Positions 18,562 through 31,972 are shown, counted from the first letter of the stretch. The stretch: DNA of 64,000 bases from Alphaproteobacteria bacterium (GCA_965228895.1 OZ245842.1:1408001-1472000); one strand, 5' to 3'. Notes: generated from the letters alone by a model not told the origin. Made by a program: numbers and translations.

Positions 18562-19968
18562 CTAGTTCGGCGTGTTGATGGTGAGGCGCCACGCCGCCCA
18601 GATGCCGCCGCAGGCGATCGGCAGAAACGCCGCGAAGATCCAGAACGCGACAGCCCGGACTGTGTCGAGGCTGGCATCTTCCGAAAAGCCCAGTGTGTTG
18701 GCGACAATTCCGGCCGCTGCGGCGCCGATTGCGAAACCGAACTGCTGGAGCGGTGCAACCGCCGCCGACGTGCGTTCGCGCTCGCCGTCGATCGCCGCTG
18801 CAACGATGCGGCGAAAGATGAACGCCCACATCATGCCGAAACCGGCACCTTGCAGCGCGACGAAGGGGAGCACCGCGATCAGCGAGCCCGTGGGCATGGC
18901 CACGGCAAGACCGGCGACGCCGAGCGTAACCGTGATGGCGCCGCCACGAATCAGGTAACGCTCGGCAGCGATCCCGGCGTTGGCAAAGGCGATGGCGGCG
19001 ATGCCCCAGGCGACCGACTCCAGCGCGATGATGAAGCCCGCGACAAGCGGTGGGACGTCGAAGAGCCGTTCCAGAAAAAACGTACCGTACGCGATCAGCG
19101 ACATCGTGCCGGTGCCCAGCAGGATGATCGTCAGCAAGCCCGCACCATACTGTGTCCGTGTCGAGAATGGCCGTGGCGGCAGCATGGCGTTGCCGCGTTC
19201 ACGCCCGTCGACATAGAGAAAGCCGCCCAGAAGCATGGCCGACCCGACAATCATGATGGGCCCCAGAAGAATGTCGGGATGGGCGCCTGCCGTCGCGATC
19301 AGCAGGACGCCACCGGCAACCAGCATCAATCGCAACAACGGAACTTTCGAGTCGGCGATGGCGTCGCCGGTTTCCTGGCGTGGCACCGTCGCCAGAACCA
19401 GCAGGATGAACAGCACGGCCTGACCGGCGAAGGCCCAGTACGCGAGGCGCCATTCGCCCATGTTCGCGAAGACGCCGCCAACCAGGGGGCCGCAAAAGGC
19501 GGACACGCTCCACACCATGGACGTCAGCGCGATCAGCTTAGGCATAAGGTGGTTGGGGAACAGACGGTCGAGCGCCACGTAAACCAGGGCGACCTGCCAG
19601 CCGCCGCCGACGCCTTGGATGAACCGTCCTGTCAGCAGCACGCCCATGTCGGGCGCGACGGCCGAGATCGCGCAGCCCAGCGCGAACAGACCGCCGGCGG
19701 CCAGAAAAGAGTTCCTCAGGCCGAAACGAATGGCCATCAGACCGGCGGCCGTGCCGACCAGGATCGAACCCAGGAGATAGAGGGTATAGGCCCAACCGAC
19801 ATAGGCCGCGCCGCCGATGTCGGCGACCGTGGTGGGCAATGTCGTCGCGACCATCAGGCTGTCGGCGGCGTGCAGCCAGACCGCCAGACAGAACGCGGCG
19901 ACACGGGGACCGCGCCCGCCGCGAAAAATCTCGACCCAGCCAATCGAAGCTTGCGCCGCCTGCGCCAT
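18562..19968 (-). CDS. MFS transporter (drug/metabolite type)
   Basis: Many hydrophobic helices, GRFIQGVGGG motif, GPLVGG; GGAGG SD before ATG at 19968. Confidence 0.88.
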   Translation of the reverse strand: MAQAAQASIGWVEIFRGGRGPRVAAFCLAVWLHAADSLMVATTLPTTVADIGGAAYVGWAYTLYLLGSILVGTAAGLMAIRFGLRNSFLAAGGLFALGCAISAVAPDMGVLLTGRFIQGVGGGWQVALVYVALDRLFPNHLMPKLIALTSMVWSVSAFCGPLVGGVFANMGEWRLAYWAFAGQAVLFILLVLATVPRQETGDAIADSKVPLLRLMLVAGGVLLIATAGAHPDILLGPIMIVGSAMLLGGFLYVDGRERGNAMLPPRPFSTRTQYGAGLLTIILLGTGTMSLIAYGTFFLERLFDVPPLVAGFIIALESVAWGIAAIAFANAGIAAERYLIRGGAITVTLGVAGLAVAMPTGSLIAVLPFVALQGAGFGMMWAFIFRRIVAAAIDGERERTSAAVAPLQQFGFAIGAAAAGIVANTLGFSEDASLDTVRAVAFWIFAAFLPIACGGIWAAWRLTINTPN

Positions 19969-20066
19969 CGATCCTCCCCCGGCCACACGGGCCCGGATCT
20001 CAAGGCTATTTATAAAGAAAAAACTTTCTTTATGTCAACGGCCGAACCGGTGGTCGAGCTGGGCGC

Positions 20067-21263
20067 TCAGACCAGGGCGCCGGCGGGCAGCACCATGTTG
20101 GCGCCTTCGGTGCCCAGGCGGGCGCTGAGCGTGCGCAACGACGAATAGAACTCGTCGAGCTCGACGTGACAGGTCCGCATGTAGCGGTCGCTGCCCACAT
20201 CGAACGCCGTGCGGCCGTGCTGGACGCGCTGGTTGTTGAAGAACAGTGCCTGACCGGAGGCGACGGGGATGCGGAGCTGGTTGGCTTCGTCGAACAGCAT
20301 GACCAGAAGCTGCTTGAGCGCGCGGTAGTAGGGCACGATCAACGCATCATTGAGATGGAGCGGGCCGACCGCTCGATCGAGCAACCGGAAACCGGCAATC
20401 TCACCTTCGTCATCCAGACTGAACACCGGCGCCTGCATACGGAAGTCGCGGCCTTGCTGTTCAAGGCGGCGGTGGAACGTCACGCGCTGGCGCGCCAACA
20501 GGTCGAACGCTTCGGGGTCCTGGTCCCGTAACGCATGGCCGACACGGAAGGTGTCAACAAGGATCGACTCGCCGCCGCGCTCAGCCGCCTTCACGAAATG
20601 AAACAACGTGATCGATGGCGGCGCCTGACGATAGGGTTCGTCGGTATGTGGGTTAAGGCCGACTTCTGAATCACCATAGACAAGTGGCGTCGGTGTATAG
20701 CGGAAGTCATAGACGCTGCCGTAGTTGGTTACCCTGAGCGGCCCGGCAAGGGCCGCAATATCGGCGGTCGCATCCGGTTCGGTCGGCACGTCAGTGACCA
20801 AGGCAAAACCGTAATCCCGGAGATCTTCCAGGAAGGCCAGACGCGCCACATCGTCGTTGCGCGCCGTCTCAAAGTCGACCTGAGGCGGTTCGGCCGCGAT
20901 CTCCGGACCCCAATAGGTCGGGCGCCAGCGCCGCCGTGCCCGTTCGGCTTCGGAATAGCAGTTGTCGCGCAGCCATGTCGCGTCATAGCGGCTGACATGC
21001 CCATCGCCGGGCCAGACGACGTGGAGGCCACCATCCGCATCGATCTCGACCGTCTCAGGCATGATGTCATCGGGGATCGCATCGATACGCAGCGCCCGCA
21101 TGGCGGTTTCCGACGTGCCGCAGGCCGGACACGTGCAGTTGTGGCGCAGCCAGATGCCGTGAAACCGGCTTTCGTGACCATCGGCCCATTCGACGACCAC
21201 CCGGTCGCCGGCAACACAGGCGTTGGTAACCGTTGTACGGGGGTGACTATCGATCCTGCCCAT
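20067..21263 (-). CDS. Gamma-butyrobetaine/trimethyllysine dioxygenase-like TauD-family enzyme
   Basis: N-terminal WLRHNCTCPAC Zn domain, PHTD (HxD), NQRVQHGRTAF; GGAGG SD before ATG at 21263. Confidence 0.88.
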   Translation of the reverse strand: MGRIDSHPRTTVTNACVAGDRVVVEWADGHESRFHGIWLRHNCTCPACGTSETAMRALRIDAIPDDIMPETVEIDADGGLHVVWPGDGHVSRYDATWLRDNCYSEAERARRRWRPTYWGPEIAAEPPQVDFETARNDDVARLAFLEDLRDYGFALVTDVPTEPDATADIAALAGPLRVTNYGSVYDFRYTPTPLVYGDSEVGLNPHTDEPYRQAPPSITLFHFVKAAERGGESILVDTFRVGHALRDQDPEAFDLLARQRVTFHRRLEQQGRDFRMQAPVFSLDDEGEIAGFRLLDRAVGPLHLNDALIVPYYRALKQLLVMLFDEANQLRIPVASGQALFFNNQRVQHGRTAFDVGSDRYMRTCHVELDEFYSSLRTLSARLGTEGANMVLPAGALV

Positions 21264-21403
21264 GGCCGAACATCCTCCGCCTTCGGGAAAGTGAACAGTG
21301 AGACGTTTAGGACCACGTGTAAATGACTCGATAAACTGCAATTTTTGATTGTATATCGCGATGTTTTGATCAATTATGGGTAAGTTACAGTGGAGTCGGT
21401 CTC

Positions 21404-22186
21404 ATGGTTCGGCCAGCGAGTAGATATGGTCCGGCGCCGAAAGGTGTGGGTGATGACGAGTGGAAAGTCCGTTGCGACCTTGCGGCCTGCTACCAATTGT
21501 TTAACCGTGATGGACGTTCTGAGCTGTCAGATACGCACATCTCTGCTCGTGTGCCGGACTCCAACGATATCCTGATCAATCCGCACGGTGTCCTGTTCGA
21601 TGACATCACCGCATCATCGCTGATCAGGGTGCGTGACGAAGGGCAGTTTCAGGGCGACAGCGATTACCCTTTTAACTCATCTGGTTTCTTGATCCACAGC
21701 TGCATTCTTCGAAACAGACAGGACGTGGTCTGCGTGGTGCACAGTAGGAGTGATGCCGGATGTGCGGTCGCCATGCAAAAGGCCGGTTTACTACCATGCT
21801 CCGACTCAGCTCTTATTCTGATGGGTTGGCTCTCTTATCACGACTACGCTGGTAAGGAACTTGATGCACAAGAGCAACGCCGTCTGTTCGACAGCCTTGG
21901 TGACAGGACGCTGCTTGTACTGCGCAACGACGGATTGGTTTCCTGCGGCGACTCTGTAGGCGCTGCCTATATCTGGATGACTCGGTTAGAAATGGCCTGC
22001 CGCAAGCAGATTGCTGGACAGGCAGGCGATGCACCACTGAACTTCCCTAGCGAAGATGCGCAGCGTAGTGCCATTGAACGGGGACTCAAGATTCTCGGCC
22101 AAGATGGATATGTGCAACCCGGCCGAGAGTGGCACTGGTATCTCAACGCTCTCGAGCGCATGAAAGGCACAAGCTACCGAACATAG
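21404..22186 (+). CDS. Class II aldolase/adducin family protein, degenerate copy (two metal-ligand His lost)
   Basis: RCDLAACY, THISAR, ITASSL conserved, but HSR and RNDG replace HTH and RNHG; visibly more AT-rich than its neighbours. Confidence 0.8.
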   Translation: MVRPASRYGPAPKGVGDDEWKVRCDLAACYQLFNRDGRSELSDTHISARVPDSNDILINPHGVLFDDITASSLIRVRDEGQFQGDSDYPFNSSGFLIHSCILRNRQDVVCVVHSRSDAGCAVAMQKAGLLPCSDSALILMGWLSYHDYAGKELDAQEQRRLFDSLGDRTLLVLRNDGLVSCGDSVGAAYIWMTRLEMACRKQIAGQAGDAPLNFPSEDAQRSAIERGLKILGQDGYVQPGREWHWYLNALERMKGTSYRT

Positions 22187-22382
22187 ACTGAGTAATGAGA
22201 TCCATGCGATGTTGTACTCAGACTGCTTCAACGCTGGTAACGACTCAGAACTTTCGCAATAATCCGCGGCACGTTTGCATTGAATCTCAATCGACTCACT
22301 CCAGCTCGCATTGGTGAGTCGTTGTTGCTTGGTAACCTGTCCATCAGTGATCATCGTTCAGGTTTCTCAAGGAGGTGAGCTC

Positions 22383-23165
22383 ATGAGTCAGTCCGTCGAA
22401 CGTCTCGATGCCGCCCGCCACGGGATGTCGGAGGCCGAATGGCAGGCGCGCTGTGATCTCGCAGCCTGCTACCAGCTTGTTGACCTTTATGGTTGGTCGG
22501 ATCTGTCGGGCACGCACATCTCGGCGCGCATTCCCGGCACCGAACACTTCCTGATCAACCCCTATGGCCTGCTGTTCGATCAGATCACCGCGTCGTCGCT
22601 GGTCAAGGTCGATCATGAAGGCCGCGTTGTCGGCGATAGCGACTATCCGATCAACCCGGCAGGTTTCTTGATCCATAGTTGCATTCATCGCGCGCGGCCC
22701 GACGTGAACTGCGTGCTGCATACCCACACCCGCGCCGGCAACGCGGTGGCGATGCAGGAAGACGGCTTGCTGCCGCTGTCGCAAAAGGCGCTCATCATCC
22801 TGGGCTGGACAGCCTATCACGACTACGAAGGTGTGGTGTTGGACGCCGATGAGCAGGTGCGCCTTGTCGCGAGCCTTGGCGACAAGATGATTTTGATCTT
22901 GCGGAACCACGGTTTGCTGACCTGTGGCGAGTCGGTCGGCGGCGCTTTCGTCTGGATGCATCGCATCGAAGCTGCCTGTCGTTACCAGATCGACGGCATG
23001 GCCGGTGGCACACCGCTGCATTATCCCAGCAAGGCCGTGCAGCAAAAGACGATCGAGCAGGGTCTGAAGATCTTTGCGCCCAACGGCCACGCCCGTGTCG
23101 GCATGGAGTGGCCGTCCCTGATCACCCAGCTCGAACGCGAGCGGGGCACGGGCTACCGCAGCTAG
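22383..23165 (+). CDS. Class II aldolase/adducin family protein
   Basis: RCDLAACY, THISAR, INPYG, HTHT, LRNHG; AAGGAGG SD before ATG at 22383. Confidence 0.92.
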   Translation: MSQSVERLDAARHGMSEAEWQARCDLAACYQLVDLYGWSDLSGTHISARIPGTEHFLINPYGLLFDQITASSLVKVDHEGRVVGDSDYPINPAGFLIHSCIHRARPDVNCVLHTHTRAGNAVAMQEDGLLPLSQKALIILGWTAYHDYEGVVLDADEQVRLVASLGDKMILILRNHGLLTCGESVGGAFVWMHRIEAACRYQIDGMAGGTPLHYPSKAVQQKTIEQGLKIFAPNGHARVGMEWPSLITQLERERGTGYRS

Positions 23166-23178
23166 GGTCGCCGGTACG

Positions 23179-23679
23179 CTAGATCGGCTGAACCAGATAG
23201 ATGCAGGCGATCAGGTAACAGCCCGCCGCTAACGCGGCGCCTGCCGTGCGAACGTGGTTCCAGAACGTCCAGCGCGGCCAATAGGTTGCCGCCCAGTAAC
23301 GCGCCGCCTCAGGCGCGGCGTAGGGCTCACGGTCAAGCCGCCGGTTCATCGGGACATTGAAGATAAGCGAGACGACGAACACGGTGATCAGATAGATCGC
23401 GCCGCCCAGCATGACCCAGGTCGCAGCCGGTCCGGTCGTGGCGACGTAGGCGAGGGCAATCAGGAGCGGCGACATCGCCGACATGCCGATCAACAAGACC
23501 ATAAAGACCGAACGGTAGACGTTGCGGTTGATGACCTGCATCACCTCGACGCCGGCGGCGGGCTCGGCGCCGTTCAGCGATCGCATGACGAAGTCGGAAA
23601 ACGTCAGGAAGACACCTGACACCAAGCCGCAGGCGATCACGGAGATCGCAGAGACAATAAGGAACCAGTCCGAGAGCAT
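23179..23679 (-). CDS. DUF1772 / anthrone oxygenase-like membrane protein
   Basis: GVFLTFSDFVM, MQVIN, NVPMN..L, W..WNHVRT. Confidence 0.85.
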   Translation of the reverse strand: MLSDWFLIVSAISVIACGLVSGVFLTFSDFVMRSLNGAEPAAGVEVMQVINRNVYRSVFMVLLIGMSAMSPLLIALAYVATTGPAATWVMLGGAIYLITVFVVSLIFNVPMNRRLDREPYAAPEAARYWAATYWPRWTFWNHVRTAGAALAAGCYLIACIYLVQPI

Positions 23680-23721
23680 GAGCCTTCTCCGGGTTGAGAT
23701 AGTGTCGCGGTTTTCCGCGCG

Positions 23722-24345
23722 TCAGTAAGACAATGATGGCGTGCGGTGCAGATAGGTGTTGTCGGTCAGTTGCCGCAGCATGAAGTCGGCAACATCGGCG
23801 CGCGCGATCTTCAGCTTCAGGTTCTTCTCCGTCACGGGGAAGCCGTGTTTGTACGTGCCGGTGACGGGACCATCGATGAACGCGCCCGGGCGGACGATGA
23901 CCCAGTCGAGATCGCTGTCACGGATGATGGCTTCCTGCTCGACATGATCGGCATAGGCCGGCCGCAGCAGGAGCCCGAACATGATGCGCTTCCAAAAGAA
24001 GTTGAGCAGCGGTCTGCTGTCGCCGACGCCCAGCGTTGTCTCACACACCAGACGATGCGGCCCGTCCGAGCGCATGGCGTTGACGATGTTCCGGGTGCCG
24101 GCCGCGCGTACGGTGCCTTTGCGGCCTGCGCCCAGGGCAATCAACGCGGCGTCATGACCGCGCACGGCCGCCTTGACCTCGTCGGCGTTGAGGACGTCGC
24201 CTACCCGGCGAGTCAGATTGCCGTGGTCGAGTTTGAGTGCATCGGGATGCCGCGCGAACGCCGTGACGTCGTGGCCTTGGTCCAGCGCCTGCTCCACCAA
24301 GTGCCGTCCGACCGTACCGGTGGCGCCAAAAATGATCAGTTTCAT
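23722..24345 (-). CDS. NAD(P)H-binding atypical SDR (flavin/biliverdin reductase-like)
   Basis: IFGATGTVG, VTAFAR, GDVL, DWVIVRP, IARADVADF. Confidence 0.9.
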   Translation of the reverse strand: MKLIIFGATGTVGRHLVEQALDQGHDVTAFARHPDALKLDHGNLTRRVGDVLNADEVKAAVRGHDAALIALGAGRKGTVRAAGTRNIVNAMRSDGPHRLVCETTLGVGDSRPLLNFFWKRIMFGLLLRPAYADHVEQEAIIRDSDLDWVIVRPGAFIDGPVTGTYKHGFPVTEKNLKLKIARADVADFMLRQLTDNTYLHRTPSLSY

Positions 24346-24361
24346 GTCTCGTTCCTCCAGC

Positions 24362-24418
24362 TTGACACTGTGTCAATTGACACGATGACAAGTAGGTGCT
24401 ACTTGACACTATGTCAAG
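24362..24418. promoter_or_regulatory. Three TTGACAC-N-RTGWCAA palindromes: predicted TetR operators
   Basis: TTGACACTGTGTCAA (24362-24376, perfect), TTGACACGATGACAA (24377-24391), CTTGACACTATGTCAAG (24402-24418, covering the TetR ATG). Confidence 0.8.
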
Positions 24419-25010
24419 AGGTCAAATCGATACGAGGTCGCGTATCCTCCAGGCCGCCCTGGATTTGCTGGAGGCCGGCGGCGGCAAGGGCGTGCGGGTC
24501 GGTGATGTCGCGAAACAGGCGGGCATCAGCCGCCAGGCGCTCTACCTTCATTTCCCGACCAGGGCCGACCTGCTGATCGCGGCTACTCACTATCTGGATG
24601 ACCTGAAGGGCAGCGATGCGCGCCTGGCGCCGAGCCGCGCCGCGGCGTCGGGCGTTGAGCGTCTGGAAGCCTTCATCGAGGCCTGGGCTGCCTATATCCC
24701 CGAGGTCTATGGCGTTGCTCGGGCGCTGCTTGCCATGCGCGACACCGATGAGGCGGCGGCGGCCGCCTGGGAAAAACGGATGCGGGACATGCGCGAAGGC
24801 TGCGAGGCCGCGATCAAGGCGCTTGAACGCGACGGCACGCTGTCGGGTGCGCACGAGCCTGAGCAGGCGACCGACATCCTTTGGACCATGTTGTCGGTGC
24901 GCAACTGGGAACAGCTGACCATCACCTGCGGCTGGTCGCAGGAGCGCTATGTCGACACGCTCAAGACGCTCGCGCGGCAGATCTTTGTCGCAGATGACGG
25001 CGAGAATTGA
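24411..25010 (+). CDS. TetR/AcrR family transcriptional regulator
   Basis: TRSRILQAA...VGDVAKQAGISRQALYLHFPTRADLL helix-turn-helix; divergent from the SDR-DUF1772 pair. Confidence 0.93.
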   Translation: MSRGQIDTRSRILQAALDLLEAGGGKGVRVGDVAKQAGISRQALYLHFPTRADLLIAATHYLDDLKGSDARLAPSRAAASGVERLEAFIEAWAAYIPEVYGVARALLAMRDTDEAAAAAWEKRMRDMREGCEAAIKALERDGTLSGAHEPEQATDILWTMLSVRNWEQLTITCGWSQERYVDTLKTLARQIFVADDGEN

Positions 25011-25072
25011 CGCGAGACCATATCGCCGATCACCAGCTAGGATAGCCGCCACAGAGACCGGGGAGGCTGCAC

Positions 25073-26134
25073 ATGGACTATCCTGACTGGAAAGAAACGC
25101 GCGAGGGCATGTGGGCCGCGCATCTCAACTTCCCGATGTTCGACGACGACACGCCCAGTTTCATGGCGCGGCCGATCGCCACGAACAAGGGTGACCTCGA
25201 CGGCGCCGATGTTGTCATTATCGGCAGCCCGTATGTCTCAAGTTCGTCGGATGAATGGGCCGGCATCGGCAAGGAGCACTGGCTTGCGGCGCCGCAGCGG
25301 GTGCGCCAGCAATCGATCCGCTACCAGTCGGGTTACGTCCAAGACTTCCGCCTCAACGTGTTCGATCACCTGAATGTCGTCGACTATGGCGATGCGGCTA
25401 TCCCGCCGGAAGCCAATGTCGGCAAGCTCAATCCCGAACTGATCTTGCAGGCTCAGGCGGCCGTCGAAAGCAAGGTCAACGATGCTCTCGATGTCGGTGC
25501 CCTGCCGGTCGTCATCGGTCAGAACTCGCCCTGCGGCTCCTACGCCATCGCCAAGTGCGTTGCCGAACACACGACCGGCAATGTCGGCGTGGTCAGCCTG
25601 GATACGCACTGGGATATCTTCCGCCTGTGCCCCCAGACCAAGGACCCGCGCATCGCCGGTGGTTTTTGTTGGCTCTACAAGACGCTGGAGTTTCACGACA
25701 ACATTCATGCCCGCAACCTCGTTGAGATCGGCCCGCGTGGCATGCTGGAAGCCTCGGATGTCGTCGAAGAATTGATCGAACGCGGCGCTGCCTTCTACTC
25801 CGGCTGGGACGTACGCCAACAGGGCGTCGAGGCGGTCTGCAAAGGGTTGGATCACGCCTATAACGGCACCCAGGCGGTCTATGGTCACTTCGACATGGAT
25901 GTTCTGGGCGGTGCCGGCCCGGCGCCGGGCGACATTCTCGGAGAACTGGCCGAACCCATCGGCATGACCGACTACGAGTGCATTCGCATCGCCCACGAAC
26001 TCGGTCTGCGTGGTGTCGACGGTTTCTCTTTCATCTGCATTCCGCCGGGTTCGCCGGTGATGTACCGCGTCATCGTCTATATCATCATGTATCTGCTGGC
26101 GGGTAAGGCGATGTCCGCGCGACGTAACGTGTGA
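25073..26134 (+). CDS. Ureohydrolase (arginase/agmatinase) family protein, atypical
   Basis: PSFM, APQRVRQQS, VVDYGD, DTHWD, EIGPRG, FDMDVL, EPIGMT; GGDH is replaced by GQNS. Confidence 0.85.
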   Translation: MDYPDWKETREGMWAAHLNFPMFDDDTPSFMARPIATNKGDLDGADVVIIGSPYVSSSSDEWAGIGKEHWLAAPQRVRQQSIRYQSGYVQDFRLNVFDHLNVVDYGDAAIPPEANVGKLNPELILQAQAAVESKVNDALDVGALPVVIGQNSPCGSYAIAKCVAEHTTGNVGVVSLDTHWDIFRLCPQTKDPRIAGGFCWLYKTLEFHDNIHARNLVEIGPRGMLEASDVVEELIERGAAFYSGWDVRQQGVEAVCKGLDHAYNGTQAVYGHFDMDVLGGAGPAPGDILGELAEPIGMTDYECIRIAHELGLRGVDGFSFICIPPGSPVMYRVIVYIIMYLLAGKAMSARRNV

Positions 26135-26166
26135 ACGGGAATGACGACTGTGTGGGGAACGTGATC

Positions 26167-27012
26167 ATGAGCAAAGGACGATGTTTGTGCGGCAGCGTGA
26201 CGTGGGAGCTGCTTGCCGAGCCGTTCCACGCCTTCAATTGCCATTGCCGGATGTGCCAGAAGGTCCACGGCACGGCCTTCGGCACCTATCACTTCGTGCG
26301 CCCCGATCAATTCCGCTGGACCAGCGATACCGACACTATCGTCGGGTTCCGCTCGTCCGATATTCTGACGCGCGCATCGTGCGATACGTGCGGTTCCGTC
26401 GTGCCCTATCCCTCCGATGATGGAAGCACCTGGGTAGCGCCGGCTGGCTGCCACGACGTCGCAAGGAAATCCGACTGCAATATCTTCGTCGTCGACAGTT
26501 CGCCCTGGCATAGGGTGACCGGCGACCTGCCGCGCCACGATGCTTATCCCGAACAGACCGGCATCCCAAGCGTTCCCAACGCGCTGCGCGAACAAAGTTC
26601 GGACGGCGTGGTGCGGGGCAGCTGTCAGTGTGGTGCTATCGACTTTCAGGTTACCGCGCCGTTTCAGGTCGCGCGTTATTGCCATTGTTCGCGCTGTCGT
26701 CATGCGCGCGCCGCTCCGTTTGCGTCGAACGGCGTTGCACCGCTCGACAGCGTGCGTTTCGTCAAGGGCGACGAGCATCTGAAACGTTTCAAGGTTCCCG
26801 ACGCCCGCTACTTCGCCCAGGCCTTCTGCGCCATCTGCAGCTCGGCGATGCCAAATCTCGACCAAGAGCGCGGGATTGCCATCGTACCCTTGGGCGCTTT
26901 GGACGATGACCCCGGGATCAAACCACGCGAGCATATCTTCGTTGCCGACAAGGCCGGCTGGCATGACATCACCGATGACCTGCCGACATTCGACCAGGGC
27001 CCGCCCGCTTAG
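26167..27012 (+). CDS. Tandem double GFA/CENP-V (glutathione-dependent formaldehyde-activating) domain protein
   Basis: Two copies of G.C.CG...CHC..C...C..C.S and a (H/N)IFV...WH motif. Confidence 0.9.
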   Translation: MSKGRCLCGSVTWELLAEPFHAFNCHCRMCQKVHGTAFGTYHFVRPDQFRWTSDTDTIVGFRSSDILTRASCDTCGSVVPYPSDDGSTWVAPAGCHDVARKSDCNIFVVDSSPWHRVTGDLPRHDAYPEQTGIPSVPNALREQSSDGVVRGSCQCGAIDFQVTAPFQVARYCHCSRCRHARAAPFASNGVAPLDSVRFVKGDEHLKRFKVPDARYFAQAFCAICSSAMPNLDQERGIAIVPLGALDDDPGIKPREHIFVADKAGWHDITDDLPTFDQGPPA

Positions 27013-27021
27013 AACAGCAAC

Positions 27022-27462
27022 TCAGCCGGGCCGGCGAATCTGAAAGCCAGTTTTGGTTTGCTCGAAACCCGCATCGCCATAGAACCGGATCGTCGCCGGG
27101 TTGGCCGAGCCGGTCAGCAACATGACCTTGTAGCAGTCATGATGCCAAGCAGCGGCAGTCGCGGCCTGTAGTATCGATGTGCCATAGCCGCGTTCACGAT
27201 GTTCGGGATCGGTCACGACGTTTTCGATGAGGCCATAGGGCAGGCCGCCGCGCGTCAGGTTGGGAATGACGACGAGGGCGCATGTCGTGACAAGGACGCT
27301 ATCGACCAGACCAAGGAAGACATCGCTGCCGGCGTAGAGGCGGTAACGGTCCAGGATCTTGGCAGCGTCGTCGACCGACAGGGCGGCATCACCCGGGTGC
27401 AGCTTGCGATAGAGCTTGAGCAGCGACGGCAGGTCATCGTGCGTGGCGGTCCTGATATCCAT
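27022..27462 (-). CDS. GNAT family N-acetyltransferase
   Basis: IPNLTRG, IENVVTDPEHRERGYG, CYKVMLLTG, FY...GF. Confidence 0.9.
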   Translation of the reverse strand: MDIRTATHDDLPSLLKLYRKLHPGDAALSVDDAAKILDRYRLYAGSDVFLGLVDSVLVTTCALVVIPNLTRGGLPYGLIENVVTDPEHRERGYGTSILQAATAAAWHHDCYKVMLLTGSANPATIRFYGDAGFEQTKTGFQIRRPG

Positions 27463-27478
27463 CGGTTCAAACGATGCG

Positions 27479-28234
27479 CTAAGCCGTCAGGCCGCCATCG
27501 ATGACGAACTCCGCACCGGTGACAAACCGGGACTCGTCGCTTGCCAAATAAACAATCATGTCCGCGACCTCCCGTGCTTCGCCGATGCGGCCGACGGGTA
27601 TCTGGCGCGCCAGCTTGCCCTTCACGACATCGGGAAACTTATGCCGGCTGATGAGCCCTTCGACCATCGGCGTCATGATGAAGGCCGGGTGAACGGAGTT
27701 GCAGCGTATGCCATAGGTCTCGTTGGCGCAGTGCAGCGCGACCGACTTGGTCAACAGGCGCACAGCACCCTTGCTGGCATTATAGGCGCACATGTTGTGA
27801 CCGCCGACCAGGCCCGATACCGATGACATATTGATGATCGAACCGCCGTTGGGTTTCATGACGATCACGCCGTGCTTGCAGCCCAGAAAGGTGCCGTCGG
27901 CGTTAATCGCCATGACGCGCTTCCAGTCTTCATAGGTCGTCTCTTCGACGGTCGTCGAATCGCCGACGCCGGCGCTGTTGAGCAGGATGTCTAAACGGCC
28001 AAACCGGTCGATCACCTCCTTGGTGACGCTGATCCAGGCATCCTCGTCGGTGACGTCATGGATCAACGCCATGCTGTCGCCGGCGAGACTGTCGGCGACC
28101 CTTTGCGCGCCTTCGAAGTCCAGATCGCTCAGCGCGACCGCAGCGCCTTCCTCGGCGAACCGTACCGCCGTGCTCTCGCCGATACCCGACGCGCCGCCCG
28201 TGATCAACGCGACCTTGCCGTCCAACCGTCCCAT
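27479..28234 (-). CDS. Short-chain dehydrogenase (3-beta-HSD/cyclopentanol dehydrogenase-like)
   Basis: TGGASGIG, HDVT.E..W, YNASKGAVRLLTKSVALHCA, IRCNSVHP. Confidence 0.92.
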   Translation of the reverse strand: MGRLDGKVALITGGASGIGESTAVRFAEEGAAVALSDLDFEGAQRVADSLAGDSMALIHDVTDEDAWISVTKEVIDRFGRLDILLNSAGVGDSTTVEETTYEDWKRVMAINADGTFLGCKHGVIVMKPNGGSIINMSSVSGLVGGHNMCAYNASKGAVRLLTKSVALHCANETYGIRCNSVHPAFIMTPMVEGLISRHKFPDVVKGKLARQIPVGRIGEAREVADMIVYLASDESRFVTGAEFVIDGGLTA

Positions 28235-28378
28235 CAGTGCCCTCCCTTGGTCGATGCGAGGGACATTGTGACCGAGATGTCTCTATCCGTCAGGACCTTG
28301 ATCACCCGTTCATCAGCGTTGACCCGATATGCAGGATTGTATGGCGCAACGTCGCAGCTATGCGGTTAGTCTCTTGCC

Positions 28379-31972
<3,594 letters not shown>

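Noticed and set aside
21290-22380. AT-richer segment as a mobile element or island
   Set aside because: No transposase, integrase or terminal repeats; explained by a promoter region plus the degenerate aldolase copy.
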